From Ostrea edulis (taxonomy: Eukaryota): a stretch of DNA of 64,000 nucleotides. The first letter of the stretch is position 1; each line of letters begins with the position of its first letter. Below are positions 1-13,700 of this stretch, piece by piece. The translations under genes were made by a program, and so were the position numbers. The notes beneath the pieces were generated by a model. It ran no database searches and was not told where the DNA came from. It saw nothing but the letters and a program-made list of their open reading frames with translations. Location: NCBI RefSeq assembly GCF_947568905.1, contig NC_079168.1, positions 36,146,001 to 36,210,000 of the forward strand, in the 5' to 3' direction.

Positions 1-1135
1 CCTCAAAAATAGAAGAAAATCAAAATCCTTGCCACATACACATCTTGAATACCCATACAAACATTCTGTAAAATAAGGTCCTCCCTTGAAAAGTGGTAGG
101 AGTTAATGGACAAATGATGTACCCTCCATATAACAATAATTTTCAAATAAAGTGGCAAACTCCTGCAAGAGAGGTTGAAATGTATCAAAATTGCAGTATG
201 GTCTACAGTGATCCACAAACAAGCTACATAGCAAGTCTCAGCAGGTTATGTTAGAAAGAAATGAAAAAAGAAACAAAACTCCATATGGACAGATGGAAGG
301 ACAGACATACAGACATCACTGTACCGTAATCCGAAGATGGGTGTATAAAAAGATAATGACAAAACTAAATGCTTGTTTCCACAAGCAACCAACATAATGA
401 CTACACAGATTATTGTATTTACAGGTACAAGTGTACAATGTATATACACATCCCTGTACTTTGCTCATAACTTTTGCAATAATAGACGGAAATTCAGAAG
501 ATGAATTCACAGTCTTTTTGACAATTAAAAATGCAAGTTCTTGGCTTTCTAATAATCAAGACATTCATTCATAAACTAAAAAAATTATTTCAATGCTATC
601 ACTTTCAGACATTTACAAGAACATATATTACACACAAATTCACGCACAAACATGAACAACCTCCCACTTTCTTGGTAACTATATAATAGTAATAGTATTT
701 GACAGCTAATCTATATTATTCAAAGGTTTTGAAAAAATACATATCAACAATTGATATAAAACAACACAATAATCCAAATGGCTCCATACTAATAATTATA
801 TCACTTATTTTGTTGCTCATTTTTATCATTTCTAGGATATTACTTGCAAATATGACATTGCTTTTAGGCTTCCACTTTTGTAAAACATTTCTTTTGATAG
901 TATTTAGTATTTATTTCATTTGCATATTTAAAGAGAAGCCGCTTTAATACATTTGATCATCTTCCTCACTGTGTGTAGATCCACTCTGTCCCACTTAAAA
1001 ATGCAGGCATTCAAAGTTCCACTACACAGAAGAGCTCTTATCTCAAAACTGGCATATTACAGATCACAGTGACCATGGTACTGTGAGCGATATGGCAGTC
1101 CTACAAGCTGTAGCTAGTGGGAAAAATTAACACTT

Positions 1136-1198
1136 TGGCTCGAATGGTAGAGTGCTGGACTTGTGAGCCAGAGACCCGGGTTAAACTCCCATCAGAGG
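1136..1198 (+). mobile_element. tRNA-derived SINE head fragment
   Basis: A-box-like tggctcgaatggtagag and B-box-like ggttaaactcc; no complete cloverleaf. Confidence 0.5.
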
Positions 1199-1751
1199 TA
1201 TAAAAGATGTCTCTGTTACATGACCTTAATGAAGGGTGTGACAAACCTTCTAACTGACCAAGTTTGATGATTCTAGGCCAAATAATTGTTCAGTTATGAG
1301 CCAGACAAGGATTTTCCATATTGGCCATATCATTTTGATTAAAGGTCACAGTGACCTAATTCAAAATGCAACACACCCAAGATGAATCAGCTGACAAAGT
1401 TGATGAATCTAATCCTCATAGTATTTTAGTTATGAGCCGAACACAAAAAAGCTAACACACAGACAGATGAAAATGAATGCCATACTACAATATGTCCCGT
1501 CTTAAACAGGCGTACAAAATCTGATATAGTCAGCCCCATTGTCAGCTTGTCTTGTATAACTTTTGATCTTATCATAAATAACTAATTTGAAGTCTGTAGA
1601 TTGATAAAACGGTCGACAGAAAGATTGAACACAAAGATTACAACTGGACTCCAACATTTTCAATGCAGCTCTTAATACAATGCATTACAACTCATATAAA
1701 GCAACAAGTAGTACTACTAACAATTTGTAACTGGCAAAAAAGTTAACTTAC

Positions 1752-4700
1752 GTCTGGTTTCATGCCCTCCTCCTGTTTTTCATCATCAGAGTCATTCTGT
1801 TTTTCCTGTATATAGAAAAAGTATATATTACTGAAGGTAACAAACAGAACTAAACAACCCATAGGACAAAACACCCACTGAATTATGGCAGATTTCACCA
1901 GCTTTCTATTTAAGTCTCTAGTTTGAAAGACTCGAAACATTAACTAGGCTCCCTTTACATAGAATTTTCAAAATTTACTTCAGACCAACACAATGGGGAG
2001 CAAGTACACCAAGTTTGGTGATCCTCACCTTATTAGAACAGTACTGTTTTTCCTTCATTACCCATGAAAGTTTGTCCTTAACCTTTGACGCAGTTGTGTT
2101 AAGTAGGGCCATAGAAATATATCAGGAAAAAAGCATTAATAAACAGATCAATTTGTGACAAATTCTGTAAACACAACCCTTTTATACAAAAACAATATGT
2201 ATATATCATTAAGTGCATATTGACCTCTTATACATTTTTCACCAGACCGACAACCTCAACATCAACTCTCTATCACATGATCAAATATCAAGATAAAAAC
2301 GTATCGTGTATGTATAAATCATAGAATTAGCACGATATCCAGATATCAATGCAAGTTGAAGTTAAAATAACTTCAAAGCATATTAATTTCTTAATTTGAA
2401 AAGTGCTGAGAGCAAGTTTATTGTGACTTGCAACATGTCTAATTTTTGCATTGAATATGCAAGATGCAGCGATTTTTGCACATATGAAGTTGAATCTAGC
2501 CTGAAAAACATATTTTCTGTTGAAGTCAGAACTTGCTCCCCTAACTTTCCTTTGGCACTGAAGTTCACATGTCACATAAATCAGACATCTTTCACTTAAA
2601 AACCTCGGGGTGTTGTGCCAATGATGAATTTTTTATGTACGGAAACCCTGTTTATGCAAATGAGTCCATTGTGAAAGTAACTATACGTGTAGATTAGGGG
2701 CGATATCAATATCACAATATAATATGGATATTACTTTAGCATGTATGTTAGATAAAGAAGAAATTGAAACTTTTTCAATATCAAAGAGAATTAATATAAC
2801 CCATTTGACAGAAACTTTTACGCGATTGCAGTTTACCGTTTGACAGCGGTGGTAAATAACGAAACAATATTTTGACATTTCCAACCACAAAAGGACTGTA
2901 GATATGTACGTCATGACCTTCGTCATGACGTAATTTTCATTGTGACGTTGTGCAATGTGCCAGTGCGGTAAAGTATATTTATGTACAGCACTGGTATTCA
3001 GGGCCGTAACTGCCGATGAGGCAGACGAGGCAACTGCCTCGTCTGATTTTTTGGCAAAAAAGAAAATAAAATTATATAAATGTTATATTATAGGATATAT
3101 GTTTAAAATGAAGACAAGCACCTTTGTCTTTGACACCATATTACGATTCTTTACATAGTACAAATGAAACACAAACATGATAAATTGGGATTTAAAAAGT
3201 GTCATTTTCAGTCGTAAAGTCAATCGGCGGCCCCCAATCCCCTGCCTCCCCTGATTTAGAACCCTACTTACGGCCCTGGTATTAAAAATTTTATGGGGAA
3301 AGCCTTAACTCAACCGCGGACCTTATGAAATAACAGGCATTAATCTCTCACCATGGGGAGTGTGTATCAGGATGGATTATCCTAGTCTTATTAGTACTTT
3401 TTATCCTCCTCACAAGGTGCTGACGGATAAACAGACACACACACAAAACACTGTGCCATGCCATAATATGTCCGGTTTATGACGGTTGAATGTGTATGAA
3501 GTTTGATAATCCTAGCCTTATTAGTACTGTTTCTATCTTGTTTTGTGCCTGTAAAATGACCCATGTAAGTTTGACCTTGACCTTTTGCTCTTGAAAAAAG
3601 AATAGGCTTCTTCTAATAATTGGATATATGTATACCAAGTTTTATTATCCTAGCCCTATATGTAGTTTTTATCTGACCCACAAGGTGCTGACAGACAGAA
3701 ACACAAACAAATCTATGATGTTTGATTATACATGTATATATCAAGTTTGATTATTCTAGCCTTATTAGTACTGTTTCGGAGGAAGGGGGCTGTGCCTATA
3801 AAATTAATCCTGCCATATAATTTGACCTTGACTTTTAACCTATCACCTTGAAAAATGCTAGGCTTCTTCCTCTGATCATGAAGAATATGTATACCAAATT
3901 TGATGGTCCCTAGTCTTATAAGTTCTGTTTTTATCTGATCCACAAGGTGATGAAAAACAGACAGACTCGCTACGCCATAATTTGACCCATCTACGATGGG
4001 CATATCAAAATATGTGCAAGATACTTGGCACTTGTCATGCAACCATTCTTTCCAAAAAAACATACAGATATAGACAGATATTTTAATATTAAAAAAACCT
4101 TATAGCCTATGGTTTCTGTGAGCCGAAAATGAAACAATATTGAAAATCTTCAATTCTATACATCACCTGTTTTGCTAGTGTTGCTGGGTTCCCTTGTGCT
4201 TTCTCATTTTCCACTGTTGTTGATTCTGTATAGGAGAACATTTGTCAAATAATCAAAACTATAAAAAAGTCTCTTTTTTTCGAAGTAAAATTTAAAAAAA
4301 CTCTGAACACTTTCTAGAAATATTTCGACCATGTTACCGGTCTTCTTCAGTCATGTTTATCTAAACACGGTCAAAATCTTTCTAGAAAGTGTAATCAAAA
4401 CTACATATATATGTATGCATCTCTTGTACAATCATTGTCCATCTTTCAAAACTTCATAAAGTTAATTAATAATTATGTCCAATGATTGAAAAGACCCATT
4501 AATCCCCAGGTTGGATTGTCTGGTGAAGTGTCATCCCTAATTACAAAGTTGTCAAACCTTGTTTTGTGAGCTGTTAAAGATGGTCTTCTGGTGAAATCCA
4601 TGGGATGATATTTATGTCATGAGTGACTAGTAGCTTATGTAAACATTTAGCACTTAAAAGTATGGAGAGTAAAACTTCAAAGGATTATATATAGCAGGAC

Positions 4701-7700
4701 TAAATTTTACTTTGAGGGATTTCAAAAGATCAAGATTTAAAGAGAACAAGAGATCAAGAACTTTGAGAGATCAACATTCAAAACATTCAAGAGTCAACTG
4801 CAGATACAAATAAAACATAGCAACTTGACATGTTCCTGTATTTAAATACATGTAACTTCATTATCTTGCACTACAATAAATCCATTCAGTAAACTCTATT
4901 TTTGTATTGAGATGTATTATATTAATATGTTTACGGTGTGACCGTAGAGATGAGCGAAGACCCATAACATCTTACAACACGACTTGAGCCAATTCATTTA
5001 ACGCGGGAAATATTACGCGGTTGATGTAACCAGTGCATTGTGAGTCATCATTAACAGCGATTGCTTTTCTTTCAAATCAAGCAATTATTTACAACAAAAC
5101 GCACAAAGGTATGGGAAAGCTAAGCTTGTCTGGAATTTAAAATCATTTGTGGTACTTTCCAAACTATTTATTTGTTTTATCTAAGGGGTTGTCAATGAAG
5201 TATACCGCAGTGACGGCGACATTCTCCGGAAGCATTATGGGTAGTCTCCATCATTTTTCAGCTGATGAAGAACAAATCACATGATTCTATTGCATAATCA
5301 TTGGAGCTTCGCTCACTATAAAATATACTTGAAAACACAATAAAAACATAAATGCCAAACAAAGTTTTCTTACCTTCAATAATAAGCTCTGCTGTAGGTT
5401 GCAGTATGATGTCTACAGACTTGGCTTGACCTTTGTCCTTTTGCTGCTGTAACTGTTGCTTTGCACTGACAGGTCTGGCATTCTGCTGGTGTTGGCCCTT
5501 CTTACCTTTCTTCTTTTTATCCTCCTTTTTAGCACCTGCTGACTGTGAATTATCATATCCAATAAGCAAAGTAATTCTAATGTTTACAAATGGATGTATT
5601 AAATGCAACTCTAAGCTCAGTTACAAAACCAATTTTCCAATTATTACATATGATAATGTACCGTATATACTCGCCTATAAGTCAGATTTTGGGGGTTAAA
5701 TTTTGGTCCAAAACTCTATGTCCGACTTATAGGAGTGTCCCAAGAAGATTAGTATTTTTCTGGATGGCGTAATGTATAGCCTAGTATTTTTTAAACAGCA
5801 AAAACATGGACGAAATAAACAAAATAGTAATTGTTTAATTTGTTGAGAATAAAAAGTGAAATATTGATGTCATATCCCAAAACATTATTGGAACACAGAT
5901 AAATACATAAGAGTTTTGATATGAAATTCATTTGTTAGGAAAAAATATCAAATATTGGCACATTTCTCAAAATATTATTTGAAACACAGGTAAAAACATT
6001 AGAGCATTAATTTGAAATTGTCAACCGATTCTTGAAAAAAGTTGGACCAACTTATAAATGAGTCAATGGCAGTTCCCTCCAAAATAAAAAACCTATAGGC
6101 GAACCAACTTATAGGCGAGTATATACGGTAAAACAATTTTTATAACATTCAAGCTTTAGTTTGAGTGACATGAATTTCCATAGTCATTGAAAAGAAATTC
6201 TTACTGCTAAAATTTCCATCCTGAGTTGTCTTTCTTCATCATCTTGATCTCCATATTTATCTTTGATCTTCTTCAATTTACTCTGCATGCAGAAACATGA
6301 AAATGAAACAATTAAAGATTGGATATTTTAACATACACATACATGTGCAATAGACCAACAATGCATTCAAAAGTGGTTTAGTATTAGGGCATACAATAGA
6401 TTTCTTATAAAACGTGAGCAATTAATTTCGTGAAATTGCCAATTAACATGAAATTGCAATCATGAAAAATTTTCAATGCTACAATGTATATTCTGAAGGA
6501 CTTAATTCTTTGTACATGTATGTGTGTTGATAAAAAATTAAATGCTAAAGTTTTGATTTTGCAAGAGAGGCCTCAATCGAATTAATGTAAATATCAATTA
6601 TTCATATATGCACATACATGCAATAGGGAATCTATAAATTGCAAAATTTGTGCGCTATATCAGAAGCTTTGCAATAGATTATGTACATTTACAAAACACA
6701 CTGTATATGTACTACAGAGTAGCATTGTGGACAGATCTGATATGCATACCTTTTGTTTATGGTAATTTACTGACATGTTGATCCTTAAACCTATATGTAC
6801 AACAGATGTGCAATTTAACATAAGTCTTACCCTTTGTCCTCTTTTGAATTGTATCTGAGCCTGCTTTTCAACAGAATCCAGTTCATTAGAGTCTGATTTT
6901 GGATTGTGATCTTGCTTTGACTTCTGTGTTGACTGGTTCTCTTTCACATCTTCTCCTAGTACCCTGTCCTTATCTTGACGAAGCCAAGATACGTTATCTT
7001 CCTCATCCTCTTGGTTCTCTTTCTGTTGGTTCTGGACTCTTTTGGCTTTCTTCATTTCCCTTCAAAGAAATCAACTACATCATATATGTACTCCAAGAAG
7101 CCATATTCTATAAATGAAACTGGTGCTCATTAAATTTGAAAGAAGACTTTAAAAGGCAATTTTACCTCCTTTGTTTTGCTGATATTTTTGCTCCTCTACC
7201 TCCTGTCTAAAATACAGAATTTTAAAAGTTGTCTCATCTTAATCAATGAATGAACACCAAAATGCAAACATGTACAGTTTCAAATCGTTTATATGATGTC
7301 AGTGTTATTACACATTGTAAGCCATATCGCAGACCATGCCATTGAATTTAAAAAATAAATTGATATCTAAATCAACTAAGTCCTGTAAGCTATAAATTCC
7401 CCATTTTATAGTATCATTACCTGTAGTACAGGTGTCATTTCCTTCTTCTCCGGATCCTCCACACTGCCACTCGTATTACTCCTCTCTCGCTGGAGCTCAA
7501 ATCTAAACAGGTACATGTATGTCATTGATTTAAAGGGGGAAAAATGTACATGTTGAGTATATATAAGCCTTCACATGCAACCTAAATATCATGGTGCAAG
7601 AGTTGTCTAAAACATGTGATATATTATTAAGTGTTTTCTGATGGAAACTTTCCTAATTCTTGGTTACATCTATCAGTCTAAGCACTGTGCCTATCTTACC

Positions 7701-10700
7701 AAGGGGAAAATTTGACGGTATCGATAGGATTTGTGGCAACAGCCCATATTAAAGTACAAAGGTTTCATTTTATGACTTTAGTAGCAATTCCTGCATGAAA
7801 TCCCTAATAAGGATGAGAAAATTGCAAAAACCTGTTCTATAATTTTGAAAGTGCATATTGAATTGTTTTGCTAATTTCAAGATGTTTGAGTCAGTGGTGA
7901 TTGTTTAGAACAAAAGAGAATCCGTGCATAATTAGGAGATGCTAAACAACATCAATGAATGATGCCACAGAACGTCTGACAGTTAAAAATTTCATAATAA
8001 GGAAATTCATAGATAAATAACAGGAAACCAGATTTAATGGACTTTGTGTTTTATACAGCATTACTGTGCAATGGGTTGCAAACAATCTTTATAAAATTGT
8101 TTTAATCTGATGATAATCTGATGATACTCTTACAATTTAGTATATAGGATCAGTCAGATTGAAAATACATGTGAACCACTCCTTTTTTCTGTCCAAATGA
8201 GATCCTGTGCGAATATGGTGTGACTTATTGGAGTTTTTTTGCATGCAATATAATCTACTTTTTATCTTGATTTAAACATCCTCATTCAGAGTGTTTTGAT
8301 TACAGATATGTTCTAAAGTTGTTTTCCTCCAAAGAAATGTAATTGAAATTCTCAGAACTGATTTTGAAAAACATTTTTGGCATAAATAAGATACCTATAT
8401 TCAGTCTGTTCAGATAAAAACCCAATTTTGTGTACCGAAACATGAACGTTCAGTCACATTTATTTAATTAAAGAAAAATACGCAATTTTATCATAGTAAA
8501 TCTGTACATGAACCTACACTTCATAAATTCACTTGTTCAGGAATTCTTTAGACAACCCTTCTATCTACATTTCACATAATTGACATGAATAAATATTATG
8601 AATGCCTTTTGTCAGTTGTCAATGTGAAATTATTCCTGCAGTTGAGACTTACTTATCTCCCTTGACATGTTGTAATGATATTGATGTGTCTGGAAACAAG
8701 TTCTTCTCCTTATCGTCTTCCTCCTTCACTTCCTTTTTATCACTATCTTCACCTGATATTTTTCCATTTTTGTCTACACATTGACAATCACCATTTCCAT
8801 CTGTTTTACTTTCACTATCAGTCTGAGGCCTTTCGCTGTCTTCAGTACTTTCACTTCTGTTGTAATTTTCCTCTGTCTCACTATCACTATCACTGTCTGT
8901 GTCTTGATTCACACTGTTTGTGTCGGCAGTCAGATCACTCTCTGTTGCTATGGAGTCTGCTACTGATATGGCATCATCCTCCACTTTGTGGACTTTCCGT
9001 TCTCCTCTATGTCTCTCTATGCTGTCATCCTCCAACTACAATCAAAAACAGGAACAATATGAAATTACTCTCTTCTATGTCTCTCTATGCTGTCATCCTC
9101 CAACTACAATCAAAAACAGGAACAATATGAAATTATTCTCCTCTATGTCTCTCTATGCTGTCATCCTTCAACTACAATCAAAAACAGGAACAATATGAAA
9201 TTACTCTCTTCTATGTCTCTCTATGCTGTCATCCTCCAACTACAATCAAAAACAGGAACAATATGAAATTATTCTCCTCTATGTCTCTCTATGCTGTCAT
9301 CCTTCAACTACAATCAAAAACAGGAACAATATGAAATTATTCTCCTCTATGTCTCTCTATGCTGTCATCCTCCAACTACAATCAAAAACAGGAACAATAT
9401 GAAATTACTTTCTTCTATGTCTCTCTATGCTGTCATCCTTCAACTACAATCAAAAACAGGAACAATATGAAATTACTCTCTTCTATGTCTCTCTATGCTG
9501 TCATCCTCCAACTACAATCAAAAACAGGAACAATATGAAATTATTCTCCTCTATGTCTCTCTATGCTGTCATCCTCCAACTACAATCAAAAACAGGAACA
9601 ATATGAAATTATTCTCTATACTTCTTAACACTTTCATCTTCCAGCTACAATCAAAAAGTATAAAAATTATTTTCCTCCATGCCTCTCTATTCTATCATCC
9701 TCCACCTAAAACTGTATGATGTCCATTTTTGAGAACTATGTCCACACTTTTATAATATGAGAGTCTATCTATGAAATAATGAATAATACAGAAATGTACA
9801 TTCTGTAACTTCTTGCATGCATTCAATACAATGTAAATCCCTGCAGAGTATACAAGGGGATTAGCACGAGAAGCATGTGTGCATTGTATTAGATACAAAA
9901 TAGTACCTTACCTTGAACAGTAATCCAAATCCATAAACAAGGTGGGAAGGTGGTAGGTAATTCTTTTTACCTATTGAACACATGCAGACATATAAGTTAT
10001 GTGAACCTCAATTTGATTTTAATAGCATCCTCAGATCTGCTGACATTGTTGCCAACTATACAACAATATTGAAGGAATTTGATTTCAGTCAGGTTGTGGG
10101 AATTTTACAGGTTGGTAAAGTGGGCCTCTCCATGAGAATTTTGTGATATTTGTGATATTTTCTATCATAATGGATTACCATCATTTGTGTCATATCTAAC
10201 ACAGACGTATATGCAACAATGTTATTGAATTTCAATGTAAATCTGGTGAAACTTTAGTCAGACACTTTTAAATGTGGAGCAAATCTTCACAAGAAATTAT
10301 TTGTAAAATATTAATTGTATGATTAAAACTAAGTATAGGTATTTGCCTCACATACCAAGTTTTTTAAATATCTATTGATATCATATCATCATTTTCACTA
10401 TAACATTGGAGGCCTGTGCCTCAATGGACACCAATTTTCTTCTAGCATTATTCTGTTCAATTTTATGTAAATACTGTATGACTATAATACCTGTAAATGT
10501 AATGTTTAATGATACAACGTAAAGTACCCATGTAAAAATGTAATACTATGGTACAATGTAAGAGTCAGGTTTCTACAGTCAGCATTGGAAATATGCAAGC
10601 GATATGCAGTTGTGGTGTATTTAAACTGTTCTGGGAGCTAATGTAGTATAAAGATGTGAATATATATCAGGAGGTGGGAGATATACTCTTAAAACCATGA

Positions 10701-13700
10701 GCATCCTTACAAACCCAGAAAATTTAACAAGTATGTTTTTTGTATGTTGCAGTAAGTGTAACATCCAAAAGTTACCTACCCCTGATTATAAAGCTTCCTG
10801 TTGTGAGGTATTCACCAGATGGCGCTGTCTTGGACACTTGATCATGATAAACCCACCAAGCACTTGTCACAACTTTAGCATCCCATGCCACACTATTACA
10901 AATAGCCATTGTGCCTGCTTCATTCAATGACTTGGGAGGAACTGGTTCTCCTAACAAACAGATACAGTATGTATGAGGCAAAAATCACATCATACAACAT
11001 GAAAAATACTAGATCTACAGTACATGTGTTAGGTACTCATAAAGTATTTAATACGCAAAAACTCTTCAGTATTTATTTTACCTGATGGATTTTTCATGAC
11101 ACAGCTACTAGCACCATGGAGATCAGCATGAATATACAAGTCCCCTAGTAAAGAAATATATACAATTCTAACATCTTCAGATTAAAGCATGGTTAGCATA
11201 ATTATTTTCTGTATTCATCTTTCATTGTATCATGTAATATGCATCTATCAATCATAGTTTCTTTCTTTGTAAGTTAATATGCTATCCTTTGAGCCCTTGA
11301 TTGACAATAAATTCATTTTATCTTGCACATACAGTACATGCATCATACATTGAAATCGAAAGTATTATGCTTAAATGATCATATTTTCTAAGTTTTCCTC
11401 TTTTTCTCAGTAGTATACACGTCCTGACATATTTCTGACAGACCTGGACGGAGGTATCTTTTGACTATCATTTCGTTTTGCTGTTGGTCCCGTCCACCGA
11501 TGACCAGATAGTTCTCCGATGTAATAAACCAAAGGAACTTCTCAAACCTGCAATTCACACCAGTGAAATAGATACACTGCATAATATGTATAATATCGTT
11601 CACAAAGACTGTTTCACTTTCCTCAGTCACTATAATACATGCAAGTTTTCTTCATTTGTATGTACATGTAGCTTTCTATAATTGTACAGTCTTTACCAGT
11701 AAGTTTTCCGAGCTTTATTGATAGTTGCTGCTGTGGCTACTTCTTTGAGTGTTTCTTTAGTTTTCTTCTCAGCTGATTTTAGAGCCTATCACATTAAAAT
11801 TAGTCAATTTTAAATTACAGTATAAAAAACCAAAATACATTGTGTGCAAGATATTTTAGAACTAAATAAAATTTAAAAATTCAAGTTTAAGAAAAGCTAT
11901 CTCTTAATAAAAAGAATCTTACAATGAATGTTGAAGTTAAACACAAACCAGCATAGAATATAAAAATGACTAACAGTAATGGCTTTGCTATATTTAATAG
12001 AGTTTTACTGTTAATTGACCTTAGCTGAAGCATCTATAGTCTTCTGTTCTTTCTTTGCTGCAGTTTTCTTCTTGTCAAAATATCTGTTGAAAATGAGATA
12101 ATTAAAATTTTAAAAAGTACATGTATGGCTGCATATTTTGCACTTTTTACAAATCTAGTCAAATTCCAAAACTGACTCAAACTTTCAGAACTCAACCTTT
12201 CATTTATTATGATTCAAAGGACAGATAATCCCATCAAAATCTACCATGCATACCTATTATTTTTATATGTGTAGAGATTTTACATGGGTTTGTTTCTCAA
12301 CATTACATGCATAGTGTATAAATAATTGTACCAACATTTTGCATGCTGCTCATTTCTGTGCAGTGATTAGAAGAACTCGTAAATGACCGTCAGTTTTCAA
12401 TTTACTTTTGTCATATATGCTCAAATAAACAAAACCATTTATTTTTTATATGGATTTTATATTTAAATGCATTTGACCCCAAAATAAACTAATTATCATT
12501 GATAACCTCTATCATGTACACCATTTCCATCAAGTGGCAGTTGAGATCTGCATATTTTTTTCTCAATATTGCAAGAAATATAGCAAAGTGATGAACTACT
12601 CAATATGATCTTATGGTCACTTAATCACTTTGGTGAACAGTGTTTAATTACACTATTTAATTACATATATAAGCATAGTAATCATTTTCCTTTCTAATAC
12701 ACTACAATTGTTCTGATGGTTTTCTAATACCATTAAATTATGATTAGCTATCAAATACTACATACATGTAATTATAATTATAGCTATGAAGAAAGTGCTT
12801 TTGTATGGAAGATTGTATGCATGTGTGTGAATTTGTGTGTGATATGATGTGTGTATATGTTATTGTAAATGTCTGAAAATAAAGCATTAAAATAAACCAT
12901 TGTTCTGATGGAGACTTTGTTCTAACAGAAACATACTTCCTTGAATTGCCATAGGCACTCATTGAAATGTCGATGTCCACCTTAGTCGGCCTCAATATGT
13001 CCTCCTCATCCTCATCCTCCTCATCACTGTATCTGAATGGGTCCCTGCAATATCAAATCACATACAGTACTGGTACATCTGTTTGTGCTCCATAATATAC
13101 AGTCTGTACATTATGTAATGCATAACTGAAATTAGATGTTTTTCTATACAGAAAAAAAAACCCACTAATCCCTATTACTGGTAAACAATCATTGAGTTTG
13201 TTTAAATATTTTAAAATTACCTGGCATTTCACCAGTGATCTAAGGTGACAAATTATTTTTATAACAGCTTCATTTCTCACATGGCAGTGTATTTAAACAC
13301 TTGTCAACCTAATATGGACATTTGTTTGAAAACATGGGTGGATGGCAGTATGTGAGTAGGAAATTTTAGAGAGCAGAAAAGTTCCTGACAAAAAGTGGTG
13401 GAAAAGTGAAAATGGCGATGAACTAAGACATCAGAGTGACAATAATTTAAGAATTATCTGTATAGCCCTTTATACTCTGTAATTCATATCCAAAAATAAA
13501 CCACCAATGTTGTACCTGGTCACCTCTAAAACGATAACAAACCAAATGAACTGGAATACAAACTTAAGCCATATAATTGGTAAAAATTAAAAACTAGAAG
13601 ATTTGGTACATGCATTTTAAAAATCTTTGATTTTCTGAAACATAAACAAAAGATAGCAGTCAAAGCACCTAAGTAAGAGAGCGATCGTGTTGGATTCCAG

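Noticed and set aside
9006-9715. CRISPR-like regular array
   Set aside because: The units are contiguous and near-identical with no unique spacers, and the context is eukaryotic. The same applies to the 67-bp, 30-bp and 166-bp arrays.
8675-9719. Plus-strand ORFs of 151, 92 and 74 aa
   Set aside because: They are antisense shadows of NEMF exon 20 and of the 68-bp repeat.
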